DNA from: Euglena gracilis
Lineage: Eukaryota
Direction: 5' to 3'
Length of the DNA stretch: 64,000 nucleotides
Assembly: GCA_039621445.1 (NCBI GenBank)
Contig: CP154954.1
Coordinates: 3,663,715-3,727,714, forward strand
In this document: in pieces, positions 1-13,400 of the stretch
How positions within the stretch are numbered: position 1 is the stretch's first letter
Layout of the letters: each line of letters opens with the position of its first letter
Notes under the pieces: generated by a model
What the model saw: only the letters and a program-made list of their open reading frames with translations
Told to the model about the DNA's origin: nothing
Database searches by the model: none
Position numbers and translations under genes: made by a program

Positions 1-906
1 ACAGGCTGCAAAAAAAAAGCTTCTCTGAAACTTGCAAATACAAAAAAAAGCGAAATTAAATCACAATTCCTCCATTACTTAGGGACAAACATCACAGGTC
101 GCATCTGACCAGGGGGGGATTTCTTGGACAAGCCCGGTCATTGGACGAGGAAATAATCATCCATTTGCTGTGAAAGGAGACAATCTACACAGTCTGGACG
201 CCCCTTGTTCGTTGGACAATTGGCAACGGTCGCCCAGCCCCCCGGTATGGACAGGCGGAGTGGGGGGGGGGGGTATTTTGACCCCCCAGGAGGCAGGGTT
301 TTTTGGTGCTATAAGGGGGTTCATTTCATTTTTAGGAAGGGAGGGTGAGTAACAACTTGCCGTGGAGGCCTCCCAGTGGACTTTCCAACAGAAAAAGTCA
401 GTTGACCCAACGTGACATCCAAGGGAGAGGGACAAAATGTCCTTGAAATGGCGGGATCTGATCAGCAACAATTGCAGATGGAAAATTTTTTGTGGGGAAT
501 CCTCAAAATGCGGGGAAAATCCTGGACGCCCCCTTAAAACGGCCAGGAAATTTCTGGATGAAGAAAATCTCACAAAGCCATTTTTCAGGGAAATTCCACA
601 CCAAACCCAAAAATTGGTTTCTCCAAATCCAAAATTCAAAAAGTTTGGATTTGAACGTTAAAAAATCACATGCTGAATGATCAATACACCTTTTGAACAG
701 GTGACTTGGAACATTCCAAGGAACCGTGCAAAATGCCAAAGAAAATTTCGCAGGTTCACTGGAGGAAATTGGGCTTTTCTTGAATCTGCCGTAAAAAAAT
801 CCTGGGCAAAACTTGGTCCAGAATCTCCCCACAACAGTTTTCTTCTGGTATCACCCACCTGGGAGGGGAGGTGACCACTTTTTTTTCATTGAAAAGAAGC
901 CTGCCC

Positions 907-1017
907 TGCAGGCCGCGCTCCATCTGGGTGAAGGAGGTCTGGAAGCGGTGAAGTTCCCGGAACACAGTGGGCTTCGTGGCTGTGGTGGTGAACTGCAGCT
1001 GGGCGATGCGGTCCATC
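907..1017 (-). CDS. Host exon: HAMP-like helix (G)MDRIAQLQFTTTATKPTVFRELHRFQTSFTQMERGL(Q)
   Basis: GC-rich coding island. Upstream intron ends CTGCCTCC| (CTG at -8..-6). Downstream intron starts |GGGCAG (CAG at +4..+6). Confidence 0.85.
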
Positions 1018-3737
1018 GGAGGCAGGGCCTTGTCCGCAGCGGTCTGATTTCAAGTTGATGAAAATCATGGAATGAAAACAGAAATCAAACTGGAAGAAGT
1101 CTGATGATCTGGACACTTTTGACTTTGCAAGAAAAAGAGCACACCCAAGAAAGAAAGCTTTGGACAGGGCTGTACAAGAAGGTCTGATGGGGGGATCTAC
1201 CCCTTCCCACCCTGGCAGTTTGCAAGAAAAACTTCTTTGGCCCCGAAGGCACAGAGAAATCAGCGCCTTGGAGATATGAGATGGGGTGGCATTTTTTTTA
1301 TTTGCAAGGCATTTTTTTAAAAAACCTTAAATGCCTGAAAATGAGCCTTGAATTTTTTTTGGCTAAAATGCCTCAAAATGCCAAAAAATTCAACAAATTC
1401 GGGCTGGCAGAAAATTCTCCGACCGAGCAAAGAAAAAGCCAAAAAACCTCAGCAAACGCAGGTCAGCTCTGGAAAGAAAAATGATTTTGGCATTGCCCAA
1501 ACGTTGTTTATTAACAAAAATGCAAAAAAAAATTAATTGGACCACATGCAAAATCAAAAAAAAAACTTTTCTGATGCCCGGACAGCCCTTGGACTCCCCT
1601 GGAGAATAGTGCCTTAAAAAGCCTCAAAAAGCCTTAAAGAATGCCCTATAATGCCATAAAAATTTTGCCTTAAAAAACCAATGCCCGGGTGGCCCCGCAA
1701 CACCCAAAGGGTCCCAGGGATTCCCACACAGTCTTGTCCAAGGCACCAAATGAGGGTGGAGGGGGGGTCAGGCCCCCCTCCTGCGAAAAGCAAAAAGCCA
1801 CGAAGCGCCGGGACAATTGGGGGAGGGGGCTCAAAAAGCCAAAAATCGTGTTTTCGGGTTCATTTCGAAAAATCAGCAATACGTGAAAATCCTTTCCCCG
1901 GTGCTTTGAAGGGGAAGAAAATTTCTCGGTTCTTGGGGGTCTGACCCCCCTCAAGAACCCCCAGCCCAGAGGGGGGGGGGGGGCTCTCCCCGCATGAAAC
2001 TAACGCTCCCTGGCACCCTGGATCTGACTCAGGGGGACAAAGAGCAGACCCTCGATGTTGCATTTAATTATGTGTTGTTCTTTTTCTTTGGTCGCTCGTG
2101 CCCCGAATTGCTGAGAGGAGGAGAGCCACACAGGCCCAGACAGGGGCAGGGCCCTGACCCCTCTTGCAAGGGTGTAGAGCCGTGAGGCCATCCACAAGCC
2201 CACGCTCAGCGGCAGCAGGACGGCGATGGCGCTGACCACCCCCAGTATGACGAACACAGGCGGGGCGTAGATGTGGAGGTTCCTTCACCGGAAGTTTGGC
2301 ATGAAGACAAGCAACTGTGCAAGGTATGATCGTTGCATAAAATGTGACATGGGGACAGCCTTTGCAAACAGACAAATATGTGATAATAAAACACACAATG
2401 ATGATACACTCATTGTATGTGTGCATGTGCGAGACACACCGATGTCGGAGGGAACCCCTTCATCAAAAAAATAAAAACAGCTGGCGTTCAGTGGTGCTCA
2501 TTCGGTGCTCATTGGCCACATACGTACATGCATAGATCTGCACATCATCATAATGTATCAACATTTTCATCAGTTAAATGTTGACGATGGGCCGTGCCTC
2601 AACAGCGAGAGCAGCCAACCCCGGCCGTGACCCCCTTCTTGTCGGCCACCCGCTGGTCCACATGCGCGTTGCTGGCGTCGATGCTGCCCATCACCGCCGC
2701 CCGGTTCTTCAGCATTAGCACCGTACACAGCAGGCTGGGGCCGGGCCGGGGATGGTCCGCACTGTTTCTTCGTGGCCAGGCGATGTGGCTGCGTGGCAAA
2801 TCCACCATTCCCCTTCGCTGGCAGTGTATTTTGGAGGATTAACACTTGGGTGCCATTCGGCAGGTCGGAGGCACAGAGGGGTGGTGGGAAAGAGCAGGGC
2901 CCCTCGTAAACCACCCACCCAACACGCGCCAGACGCCTACAACAGGCTAAATAGCGTTTCTTCTCAAAAGTGCCAAATGATGACCAATGACCACTGCATA
3001 CGACACAACTTATTCTTCAAATTATTATTCATTGGATACCTTTGTGATAAGTCCATTGGTGGAGAAAAGCCCAGCAGACAACATCCACGTGGGCAGCCAT
3101 CACACCAGCTTTCAAAACCATTCACAGGCAAAAAAAACCAACAAGCAATCCGGTCTCTCCTCCAGCGCCGCCCCGAGCTCCGGTGCTGTAGCCAGTGGCC
3201 ACCCAGTACCGCTGGGCGCTCAGCACCATCTCCTGGTTCATCGCAGGGATGGCGGTCCACGACTGGGGGCCAGGGAGGGCCCCATCCGGTTCCCACAGCG
3301 CGGCTTCTTCTTCTCATGTCCATCCAAAAACCATGCAGGAGGCATCACGACGAAAACTTGTGTGCAGAAATTTTATTATATATTTAAAAAATTATGTATA
3401 TTTATGATAATTATATTACAGTTAGCAAAATTTATTGTATATGGTAAAAAATCTATTTAAATAAATTAAATAAAATGTTTTGAGGTTTGTGATTTCCCTC
3501 CTGCCATGGTCAGCGGTTGGCAACTGTCACGTCAGATCCGCTTGATTTGCGCATCATTCCACCACATCAAGACACTTCGTGGTGGCGTTTGCTCAGTCAG
3601 CCACAACAGAGGGAACCTGTCAACAGGCCCAAACTCAGACCTTCAAATGGCAACTTCCCAGAGATTTGGCAAAGAGCCACTTCAGGAGGTTCACTGGAGG
3701 AAACGGACATAATGCCTTATGATACATTATGTATGTA

Positions 3738-3774
<37 letters not shown>

Positions 3775-6700
3775 GCCTGCCTGTCTGTCTGTATGTATGT
3801 ATGTATGTATGTATGTATATGGCAAAACCAAACCTGTAGAGGTGTTTTAAAGTGGTCATTGGCACCACAAGTCCCTCTGGTTTTAAAAGGGCCTTTGGTG
3901 TGTCTCAAAGTGTCGCCGTGCAAAAAGATGACAAACGATACCCATCGTCAAACCCAAAACTCGGCCAGCCCAAACCAGCACCTGTAAACAACTGTTCAAT
4001 ACACTGTCTCCTGTTCTGTCCCTTCAGTTAGAAAGGACCTCCCCGGACTGGTAAGTGCCATACAGTTGTTGGCAGGCCTGAAAGATGAGTGCGTCGTTGC
4101 TCTGAAGGCATGTCAAGGTCAGGCTGAATTTCAACCGCCTTCGATGGCAAATGCAAGAGATGCTGCTCACAAGCTGCGGATTCAAGACCCAGCCTGGACC
4201 AGAGGCGGTACGCGCTGACGTTGGTGGGGTTCACCAGCGGGTTGATGTAGCGTCGGTCCACGTCGCTGTGGCTGAAGTACTTCCCGTGCGAGGCCGCGGA
4301 CAGCGGTGTGCCGCGGTGGGTCGTCGGCCACCGCAGGAATGCGGAAGCGAGGCCGCGGACAGCGGTGTGCCGCGGTGGGTCGTCGGCCACCGCAGGAATG
4401 CGGAAGCAAGGGGCAGACAGGGTTTGGTGGATTGGCAGGTGGAGGGGGGGGTTCAGAAAACCGAAACAGCGGCTTGGCCAAAATGAAGCCAAAGTTTTTT
4501 TTTACCTCCCAAATCGACCCAAAATGCAATTTTGGCACTTTCTGGACAAAAACTTGTTGAAATTGTCAAAATTGTTAAAAATTTTGGTGTTAACTGTTGG
4601 AGGCAAAAAAAATTGACCATTGCGGGTCGTCGGGTCCCCTGGTCGGTCCAGACCCCCCCTTCGCAAGTGGGGGGGGGGGGGTCCGAACCCACCCCCCACC
4701 CAGGAGGGAGGGACCCTCACCCTCTACAAAGGGGGCTCCTCGCTTAAACCCATGACACCCTTTTTGTAAGCTAACCCTGGGGCATGGAACGACTCTGGGG
4801 GACGAATTGGGTTTGGGGTTGTGGGGCCATCGAAGATGGAACGTTGAGGGAAAGGTGAGAAATGAAGAGGTGAAAGGAAATGCAATTAAAAACGTTGTAG
4901 GTTCAGAGTGAAGAAGACAAACACACATAAAACATACACAAAACAAACAAACCCAATTAAACTGCAATTTCAGAATTTTGTGAATAATTTGCACAGTTCT
5001 GGGATAAACAGGGATAAACTGATAAAAGAAGGGTCAGAGTACCACTGGATGCTATCATATAACCGTGGGGCTGGCGGAAGAAGAGCACCAGCCGGTCTCT
5101 TACAAGCGCACCCAGCCTGCATCACCAATTCGAAAACAGAAAGTGATTTCTGACCATGAGAAGCAATAAGCTATTGTAAACTGCAGCCACACATCAATAT
5201 GATTCAATGCATCAGATAATGAGAACTGAGGCTGTGTGTTTGATGTGGCAATAATACACAACTTTGCAAAAGTGCTATCTTTCGGTGAGATGCACAAAAA
5301 ATATATAACATTTGTCCGTCAGGGGGACAACCTTAAAGCTCAATGAAACACAAAACATAGAAGGTTCATCAATTTAAGAAAAAATGTCGGACACAGTCAT
5401 CACACAATTATCATTCCCAACCATCCATCCATCGAACAAGTGTCTGTACAACAAATGCACAGAAAACTGCAGGACAAACCAACTCACAGCAGTTTTGGGT
5501 GGCACTTGAACATCCGGGAACCCCTCCAGCTGGCTCCGCAGCTCGTCGCTGATGGTCGATGCCCCCATACTGATGTACAGCTGGACCCACGTCCCGTTCT
5601 GGGCAGCGAGGTGGGGCCAGAGATTCGCTTGCTGGGGGACTTCGCTTACACTGCCCATGAAAAGCCAATTCCGGGGTCCACGGGCTGCAACAATTGGTGT
5701 CGGTTGGGAAAATGCTGTGGCTGCTTGACACCACCCCCCAATCTGATGGTTCCAGAAATCCCGTTCTGTTCATCTGAACCCAGTTCAGAATTGCTCGAAC
5801 ACCTGTTCAAGCAATTCTGGCAAGCAATTTGGCCTGGTACACAAGGCTTGAAAAAGCCAAGGAAAAAAAACGGAACCCTGATGGTCTGGACCTTCCCCTT
5901 TACACAGATGTTCAGAACCTTGAAACTTTGAGCATCATCAAAACCATGTTTCTGGATCCCTTTCAGCAAATGGCCTGCCAGCCCAATAAGCCGGTGGGGA
6001 GGGGGCATCCGGCTGGCCGCCAGAGAGTCCCTGCGCTCTGCCGGATGGACAGCTCCACCTGCCCCGTGTAGCGGTTGAACATCATGGAGCCCAGCCAGCC
6101 GTCGTCCCACTTCGCCAGATTGGGGGGAGGCCCGCGCCATGAAAAACCAGGGGGGATGCCAGAAAATCAAAATTACAATTGAAATAAATTGAATAAAAGT
6201 GAAAATTAAACTCAAAAAAAAATGCCACCAAAAACGTTCACAGGAAAACTAGCCCAAGGTTGTTCTGGTGACCGAGGGCGGCTCTTCTGCAGCATTACCG
6301 AAATCACGCATCATTACAGGGATCTTCTTGAGTCCCATATGGCACACTTGTGGCAAACCACGTGTAACGCTCCAATCGCCTCTTCATGCTACCCTTGCAC
6401 GCCCCTCTTCCTCATTGCACGCCCCTCTTCCTGAACCATGTCGTTGCACTGCCATTCATTGTCTTTCCCCGAGCTTTCATTGGTTTGGCAATTGATGGAC
6501 CTGACCCCAGACAGGACCTTCCCACAGTCTCCCTTGCCAACAGTGTTGAGTGGCCATGCACATTTAGAAAGGTGTGTAAACCTCAAAATGAAGGTGGGTT
6601 TGTTGAGTTAATGCAATGTCTGAGGAATTATGGCTGGCCGCCTATTTTATGGTGCAAATCATACTCAGAAAATGGCGTGTCTGAGTTGTTCATGCTAGTT

Positions 6701-9412
6701 TTCCACTTCCTGGAAGTGAGGCACAACTCGACTGTCTTCAGAGAGCACGGGCATGTCTTCTGCCTTCTATACAGTTGCTGTCAAGGGAGCAGTCAGGAAA
6801 ATATTTGTGGGTTAACACAGACCCACAAATCCACTACCCCCGGTGAAATATACCTACCTACCCCCTGGCGCTTGGCCCGGGCCATGATTGAAAGTTAGGC
6901 CAGGGGGGCAACCTTTTGGGGGCTTTAACATTTTAACAATTTTGGCGGTCATTTGCAAAAGACCAAAGGCCGGGCAAGTTGGCATGTAAGGAGGAGGAAC
7001 TCCATCATATCGAGAGTTGGTGGGCTATGCCAACAGAATCACGCGGATGCAAGATAAAATTTTATTAGGCAGGCAAACTATCTCGCGATTGTCTTGCCGC
7101 CTAAATATAAAGCCGGTGGAGCCAGCCGATGGTGTCATTCAGGAAACAGTAGAAAACTATTGGGTGGATAAAACTCTTTTCTCACCAAAAATGCTCCATT
7201 TTGGACAATAATTGCCCATTTTGGGGGGAAATAGGAGGTACACAACAAAAATTTGGCATAAAAGTGGTATTTGGCCACAATTGAGGCCGCCGAAGGTCAT
7301 AGAGGCCACCAAAAAAAGTTTGATTTCCACCCCCAAATACAAAGCCCCCCCTGGGGGCCTTGAAATCCTGTCCAAATGTAAAGCCGGGGGAGGGGGGCTT
7401 TATATTGGGGGGGGGTTGACTTCATTAAAAAAAAAACAGCACCAAGTTTACAAGAATGTATGCAAAAAAATAGGACAGGGAACAAGGGCGTTTCTTAAGG
7501 ACCCCCCCCCCCCAGGAGGTTCCAAGAGGCTGGAGAATTCGGGCTGGAGAGAAAAAAAACTGCATGGCTGACCCCCCTCCCCCCCCCCACAGGGTCCTGG
7601 GGTGGAGCCAGCCCCAATCTGGGGATCGACTGGGAATCAAAAAAAAAATCGAAATTGCAAAAATGTCCAAAAAAAACTGCCAATTATGCAGAAAAAAAAT
7701 CGAATTGACCCCAAATTCGCCCTGGTCAGCCCAAATCCGACCCATATTTGACATTTTTGCCCATTTTTGGCACCCCCGAAATCGAGAAATTTGTTACCGT
7801 CCATGAATATAACTTGTTGATGGGGGGGAGGGGGTTCCGGGGCTGGAAAAAAGGCTGCTGGCTGTAGAGGCTGCTGGCTGGCTGGCTGGACCCCCTCGGG
7901 TGGGGGGGGGGCAAATTTTCTGAGCAACGCTCTGCACCACAGATTCTTCGGGTCGAGGCGGCCGAAAAATGGGCAGAAATGAACGAAAAATGGGCTTGAA
8001 CTTGGACATTCAATGGTCCTTCGGGCGGCAGGACTTAACAGCTCATTGATGGGGGAGGTCTATGGCTGGGGATAACGATGACTCTTTCCCTCCTCCGTTT
8101 CTCTACTGGCTGTTCATCCCTCCTGTCTAATTTACGGCATCCCGCCTTTCTCGTTCCCCGTTTCTCCTTTTAGCTTTTTTCTACACTCTATACTACACGA
8201 TCTTTTCTTCACCGCGTTTGCTATGCACCACAGATTTTGGGCAGGCGATTTACTCTCCTAGGGGTACTTCTCCTAGCAGCCCCGCCCCCCTTGTCCCGGA
8301 ACGAAAGGTTCCACCCGATAATGTGGGGGAGGGGTCATACGCACCCCCTGAACTGCCAACCCTCGGGGGGGGGGTACGAACCCGCGCATCCAAAGAAACC
8401 CCAATTTTCCCTTAAGTCGCCAACAACCCCAACACCAGGGGGGGGGGGGGGTTGGCACCCCCTGAACTGGCAAAAGGGGGGTGTCAACCCCCCAACTGGG
8501 GGGGTCAGTCACAGTGAGAGGGTAAAACGACAAACCAGGGGTTGGGCTTTGGGGGAGGCCAAAAACCCCAATTTTCCCTTGGTCGCCAACAACCCCCGAC
8601 CAGGGGGGGGGGGGGTTGGCACCCCCTGACCTGCAACCCCGAACTGGGGTGTGGTCTGTAAAAAAGGGTGGTCGTTGGGGGGGGGGGGGTATGAAAAATT
8701 CTGTCTGAGTCGGGGAAAAACATTATTATTATTTTTCTTACTAAACCCACCCCTACTGTCAACCGATCGACTCAAATCTTGCCCTGGAGGTTTCAGCATT
8801 TGATGAAATGAAACACTGTTGCAGGCCATTCAGAATTCATAGATCGTTCATTTTCCAGGGCGGGGGCCTGTCGAAAACTTGGGAAGGTGCCGTCTGACTC
8901 TGCAGCAGATACACAGGCTTTGCCGTCAACTGGTTGACTGCGGAAATGTTAGCTCAGTGGGTCATTTCTCCCTTCAAACAATGATTTTTACAAAAGGCGA
9001 GCTTTCTCAGTTTGAAAAGAGGAAAAGCAATACTAATCCCTTTCAGACATACCCCACCACCACCACCAACACCAGGCAATTCTCACAATAACTGGCACAA
9101 AGGAGGCGGGAGTGAAAATTTCAGGTGAGGTGAAAAATTGAAGCAGTTGGGTCAAGGTTTCTTGATGACCCCAAATGAACTGCAGGGATTATGTGCAAGC
9201 AACCCTCACTCACTACCCATACTCTACGCTTTCACAACAGCCTGAACAGGCAGAATAAATGATGTGAATTTCGACAAAAAAAATTGTCCACTCAAAAATA
9301 CAACACATCATTTATTGGGGTGGGGTATCCAACTGTGTTTTCATTCACACCGGTACAGAAAAAATGCACTTGCGGCACCCAACGTGACACATGTCACACA
9401 CGCACACACACA

Positions 9413-9464
<52 letters not shown>

Positions 9465-10383
9465 TATGTGTATTTTGTGTGAATTCCAGTGACTTTTAGC
9501 ACAAGCCAAAAGAAAAAAAAACTGAGCCACAAGGAAGGACCCAGCCCATCGTCGTCACCTTCTCGTTCGGTGCCATGGCGAGTTGGCTGACATACAGCGT
9601 GCGGGTGCCGAAGCTCTGCTTGAGGACATCAATGAGGAACGCCACCCATGTCACCCAAAATATGGGGGTGAAGGTCGTGGCGACAGAGGCAGCATGGGAA
9701 CCAGATTTGAACCACAAGGATCCTTCGCTTCAAGCGAAAACATTTCTTGCCAACGCCTCCGCAGAGAATCTGAAGCACAAACCATCGCAAGCCATTGCAT
9801 GCCCACGCACATCACTAGCACCCCAGTATTGGAAATGACCATTCCTTTCTGAAGTAGGAAAAAGAAAAACTTCAAAGAGCGTTAATTCTCCTGGAAGCAA
9901 CAACAGTCAAATTCAAAATGAAGCCAAAGACGGTGGCAATGCCGTCCAACGACAGTGGTCGTGCATGTCTGCGTTGGTTCGGTGCATTTTGCTACATCTC
10001 GCACCCTGCACGACGTGGCCAAAAATTCACTTAATAGTCCCACACATTTCCCCGGCCCTAAACCCACCCACCCACTTTTCCGAAAACCCACCCACCCACC
10101 CACCCCTACCCACAACCCACCCACCCAAAAGCCAGGCTGGGCCAAAATCTGCCACCCAGCCCGGGGGGGGGGGGGGCCCAGCAGCCGAACCCACCCCCTC
10201 TTGAGGACCCACCCCCGAGGGGTCACATGGGTGTTAAGCGGATCAATGGAAATGACCTCCTCTCCTTCTCCTCTCCCGTTAGAGTGTGGACAAAAAAATT
10301 ACGGAGACAAAAAATTAAAGGAAGATATTGTGGGAAAATTCAAATTTTTCAGGGAAAATTTTTCAGATGTGGTGTAATTTTGA

Positions 10384-10416
<33 letters not shown>

Positions 10417-13400
10417 GAAAATACATCACATCATTTTTCTTTTCTAAAAAAAACACAAATTTCAACACAAAACAAATTTCCAAATATGGTCAACATGGAG
10501 TTCTGGTGGTGTTTATCGTGATTTTTCAGAATAACCCCCCAAAAAATCGACAATAGTACTCCTCCCGCAAAGCACCAAAACTCCCTGAATAGAAGCCCCC
10601 GGGGGCTAAACCCGCCCCCCCCCCCTAATAGAAGCGTAGGGCCGCTACAAGCGCAGGGTCCAAATAAAAGCGCACCCCCCGCCGTCGAAGAGGGCGGTCC
10701 ACTACAAGCGCACCCCCCATTTTGATGGGATTTCTAAAGGAAAGCAACAAAAATCGCGCAGGTAGGGTCCAAATAGAAGCGCACCCCCCGCCGCCAGAGG
10801 TGACAGTCCGCTATAAGCGCATCCGTGCTTCTATTAGAGAGGGGGGGGTTACTATTCGGAACGTTGGTCGAAAACCGAGGGGGGGGCTTCTATTCGGGGG
10901 GGGGGCACTATTCAGAAAAGTGGTCGAAAATCAGGGGGTCCGAGCATTATCGAAGAAATTTATTTGTGGGTCTACTTTCCAAACCATGTCAAATTTGCTG
11001 CAAATGTTACTCTTGTGGATGGATCATTAAACGTAAACTCAACCAACCCTCATTTAGAGTTATTGCAAAACTGGAGCCCATACTAAACATTTACCCCCAC
11101 ACCCCCCACGCCCCACGCCCCACGCCCCACGCCCCCCACACCCCCCTACACCCACGGGGAGCGGGCTACTATTCGGAGGGGGGCACTATTCGGAATTTTG
11201 GTCGAAAACCGAGGGGGGGCTTCTATTCAGGGGAGGGGCACTATTCGGGGGGGGGGGCTTCTATTCAGGGGGGGTTAGGAAAGGTTGAGTGGACAAAATT
11301 ACGGGGAAAAGTATCTGAAAATCATCAAGGCGGTTTCCCATAGTTTTCATCTCCCATGATTCTTGTCTTTAAAATGGGATGAAAAAAATCTTACAAGTCA
11401 AACATGTCCCAATGGTGGATCTGGAAAAAGACCAGCTGAACCCCTCGTCCCACAGCCTGAACTGGGATCGAACTGGACCTAAAAATTAGAGGGAAAAACA
11501 GCACCAATTATACAAGAATGCGGCCGGAACAGAAAAACTGGGGGGGAAACGAGGAAATGGGCAAGGCAGCCCAATTTTGAGCCCATTTTTGTTCATTTCT
11601 GCCCATCTTGGCGCTTTCAAGTTGAAGTATGTGCAGTGCTTCAATGGCCTTTTGGGCGGCAAGACTTACAAACTCACTCATTGGTGGGGGGAGGTCTATG
11701 GCTGGGGATCAAGGCTACTGACTGGATGGGGCCCCGCTGGGAGAGCAGGGCCTGCTAAGCCATGCGGTGTGTCGCCCCTGAGCGTTTGTCGGGTCAAAGT
11801 AACTGCCCAACACTGCTGCCTGCGAGAAGTAGGGATGGGCCCGCATTGTGGTGAAAGGTTGGCTGTGGAAGGGAGCTGCCGGCACCCATGCCCCCAACGT
11901 CGAAGGTGCTGGTGCACAAAGAAAAAAAGGAGCATCGTCGATTCCAAAAACGTCGGGGAAAATGTGTCTAAAGGCATGTGTTTGACCCTCTCCTTTTTCA
12001 ATTTGGGGACGTCCCGGCAAAGGCAGAAGAAAGCAGACAGGACAGTGTCGCCCCCCCCCGCCCCAATGTCAGACCACCTGGCACCAAAAAATGGCATCTC
12101 ATGGCGGGGGCATAAACACAGAAAAAAAAGGCCAAAAAAAGGCCAAAAAAAGCAAATTGAATGTAGAATCCTTCAGAATGTGCACTTTCTGCTGAGGAGG
12201 ACAAAACAATTTGGTTCCATCAGGGCAAATTTTTCATTTTGCACAAAAACATTCACATGTGCAATTTCTTAACCAAAAAAGGCAAAAAATTGACAAAAAA
12301 TTGACAATAAATTTTAGTTGGGGGAAGATCGGCATCAAAAAGAAGAAACTTCCATTGTTTTTCCAGAAAAAAAATAAAAAATCTCTGGGAAAAAGAACAC
12401 TGAGTCATAGCTGATCCCCCCAAGACCCCCACAGGACCACCACAGGGCCCCCCCCCCCTCCAGGACTCACTCACCATGGAGTTCCGGGTGCCTTCGGCCC
12501 CCCCCCCGGGGGGGGGGGGGGGTACTGCCCTCCGACCCCCTAGTCTTGAAATAACATCATTATATGTTTGAGCTTTTTTTCCCCTTTTTTGAGACTCCTT
12601 CTGGGGATTTTGCATTTGAGCATTGTTCCCCGAAGACCCCCCAGGACAAGATCCTGGGGGGAAACTGGCCCTGAGCCCTGAGGAAACTGGCCCTGGTTTT
12701 TTTTTATTCCAAAAAAACCCTCAAAAAACGTGCCCCCCCCCCCTGCTGATTGCCCGATTAATTTAGGTGGGATTTTTTTTATTCTGAGCCATTTTCAGCG
12801 TAATCTGATCTTATCAGATAAGGGCATGGTTTCGTTCATGGGATGGAAAGAGACAACCATTTGTTTCAAAAATAAAAAAAGAAATCCACCAAGCATAAGA
12901 AAAGCAACGCCAAAGGGGAATCCATTCAAAAATATTTCAAAAAATTGAGAGCCTTTGGGGCAGACGTGGCCAATCCTTGCTTTGGGATATCGAAGCGGGA
13001 GGGGTGGAGGTCGTAGCCAGGCCCCTGTGGCCTCAATGGAGAGTCCAACGCCTTGACAGACAGTGGTGGCACAAAACATGGAAATGAGCAGTCGATAAAA
13101 TGCACTGACAAAAGAAACACAAATGTCCTTTGAGAACCTGTGGGGATGAGGGGGAAAACCACAAAACTGTCCAAAAATCCTCACTGGAAAAAAAAATAAC
13201 AAAACATGAAATTTTTTTGTGTGCAGATTGTAGAAAAAACACATGCAGGCATAGCACAATGCATATAATTTTGATGCTATCAGGCAGAAGAGCACCAAAA
13301 AATATGCGTAGCAGGTGCCCGACTGAAGCTCAGCACCCCACTCCCCTGGATCATCAAGGCCAACTCCATCATCTCCCTCTCGCCCTCCGTGATGTGGGTG

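Noticed and set aside
5657-5682. Alternative micro-exon (Q)WTPELAFH in the host gene
   Set aside because: In-frame and possible, but the direct 6043-to-5612 join is simpler; unresolved without cDNA.
7093-7135. Possible exon TPSAGSTGFIFR, and candidates at 12475-12650 and 14480-14565
   Set aside because: Intron-end pairing is weak or the frame is ambiguous; not supportable.
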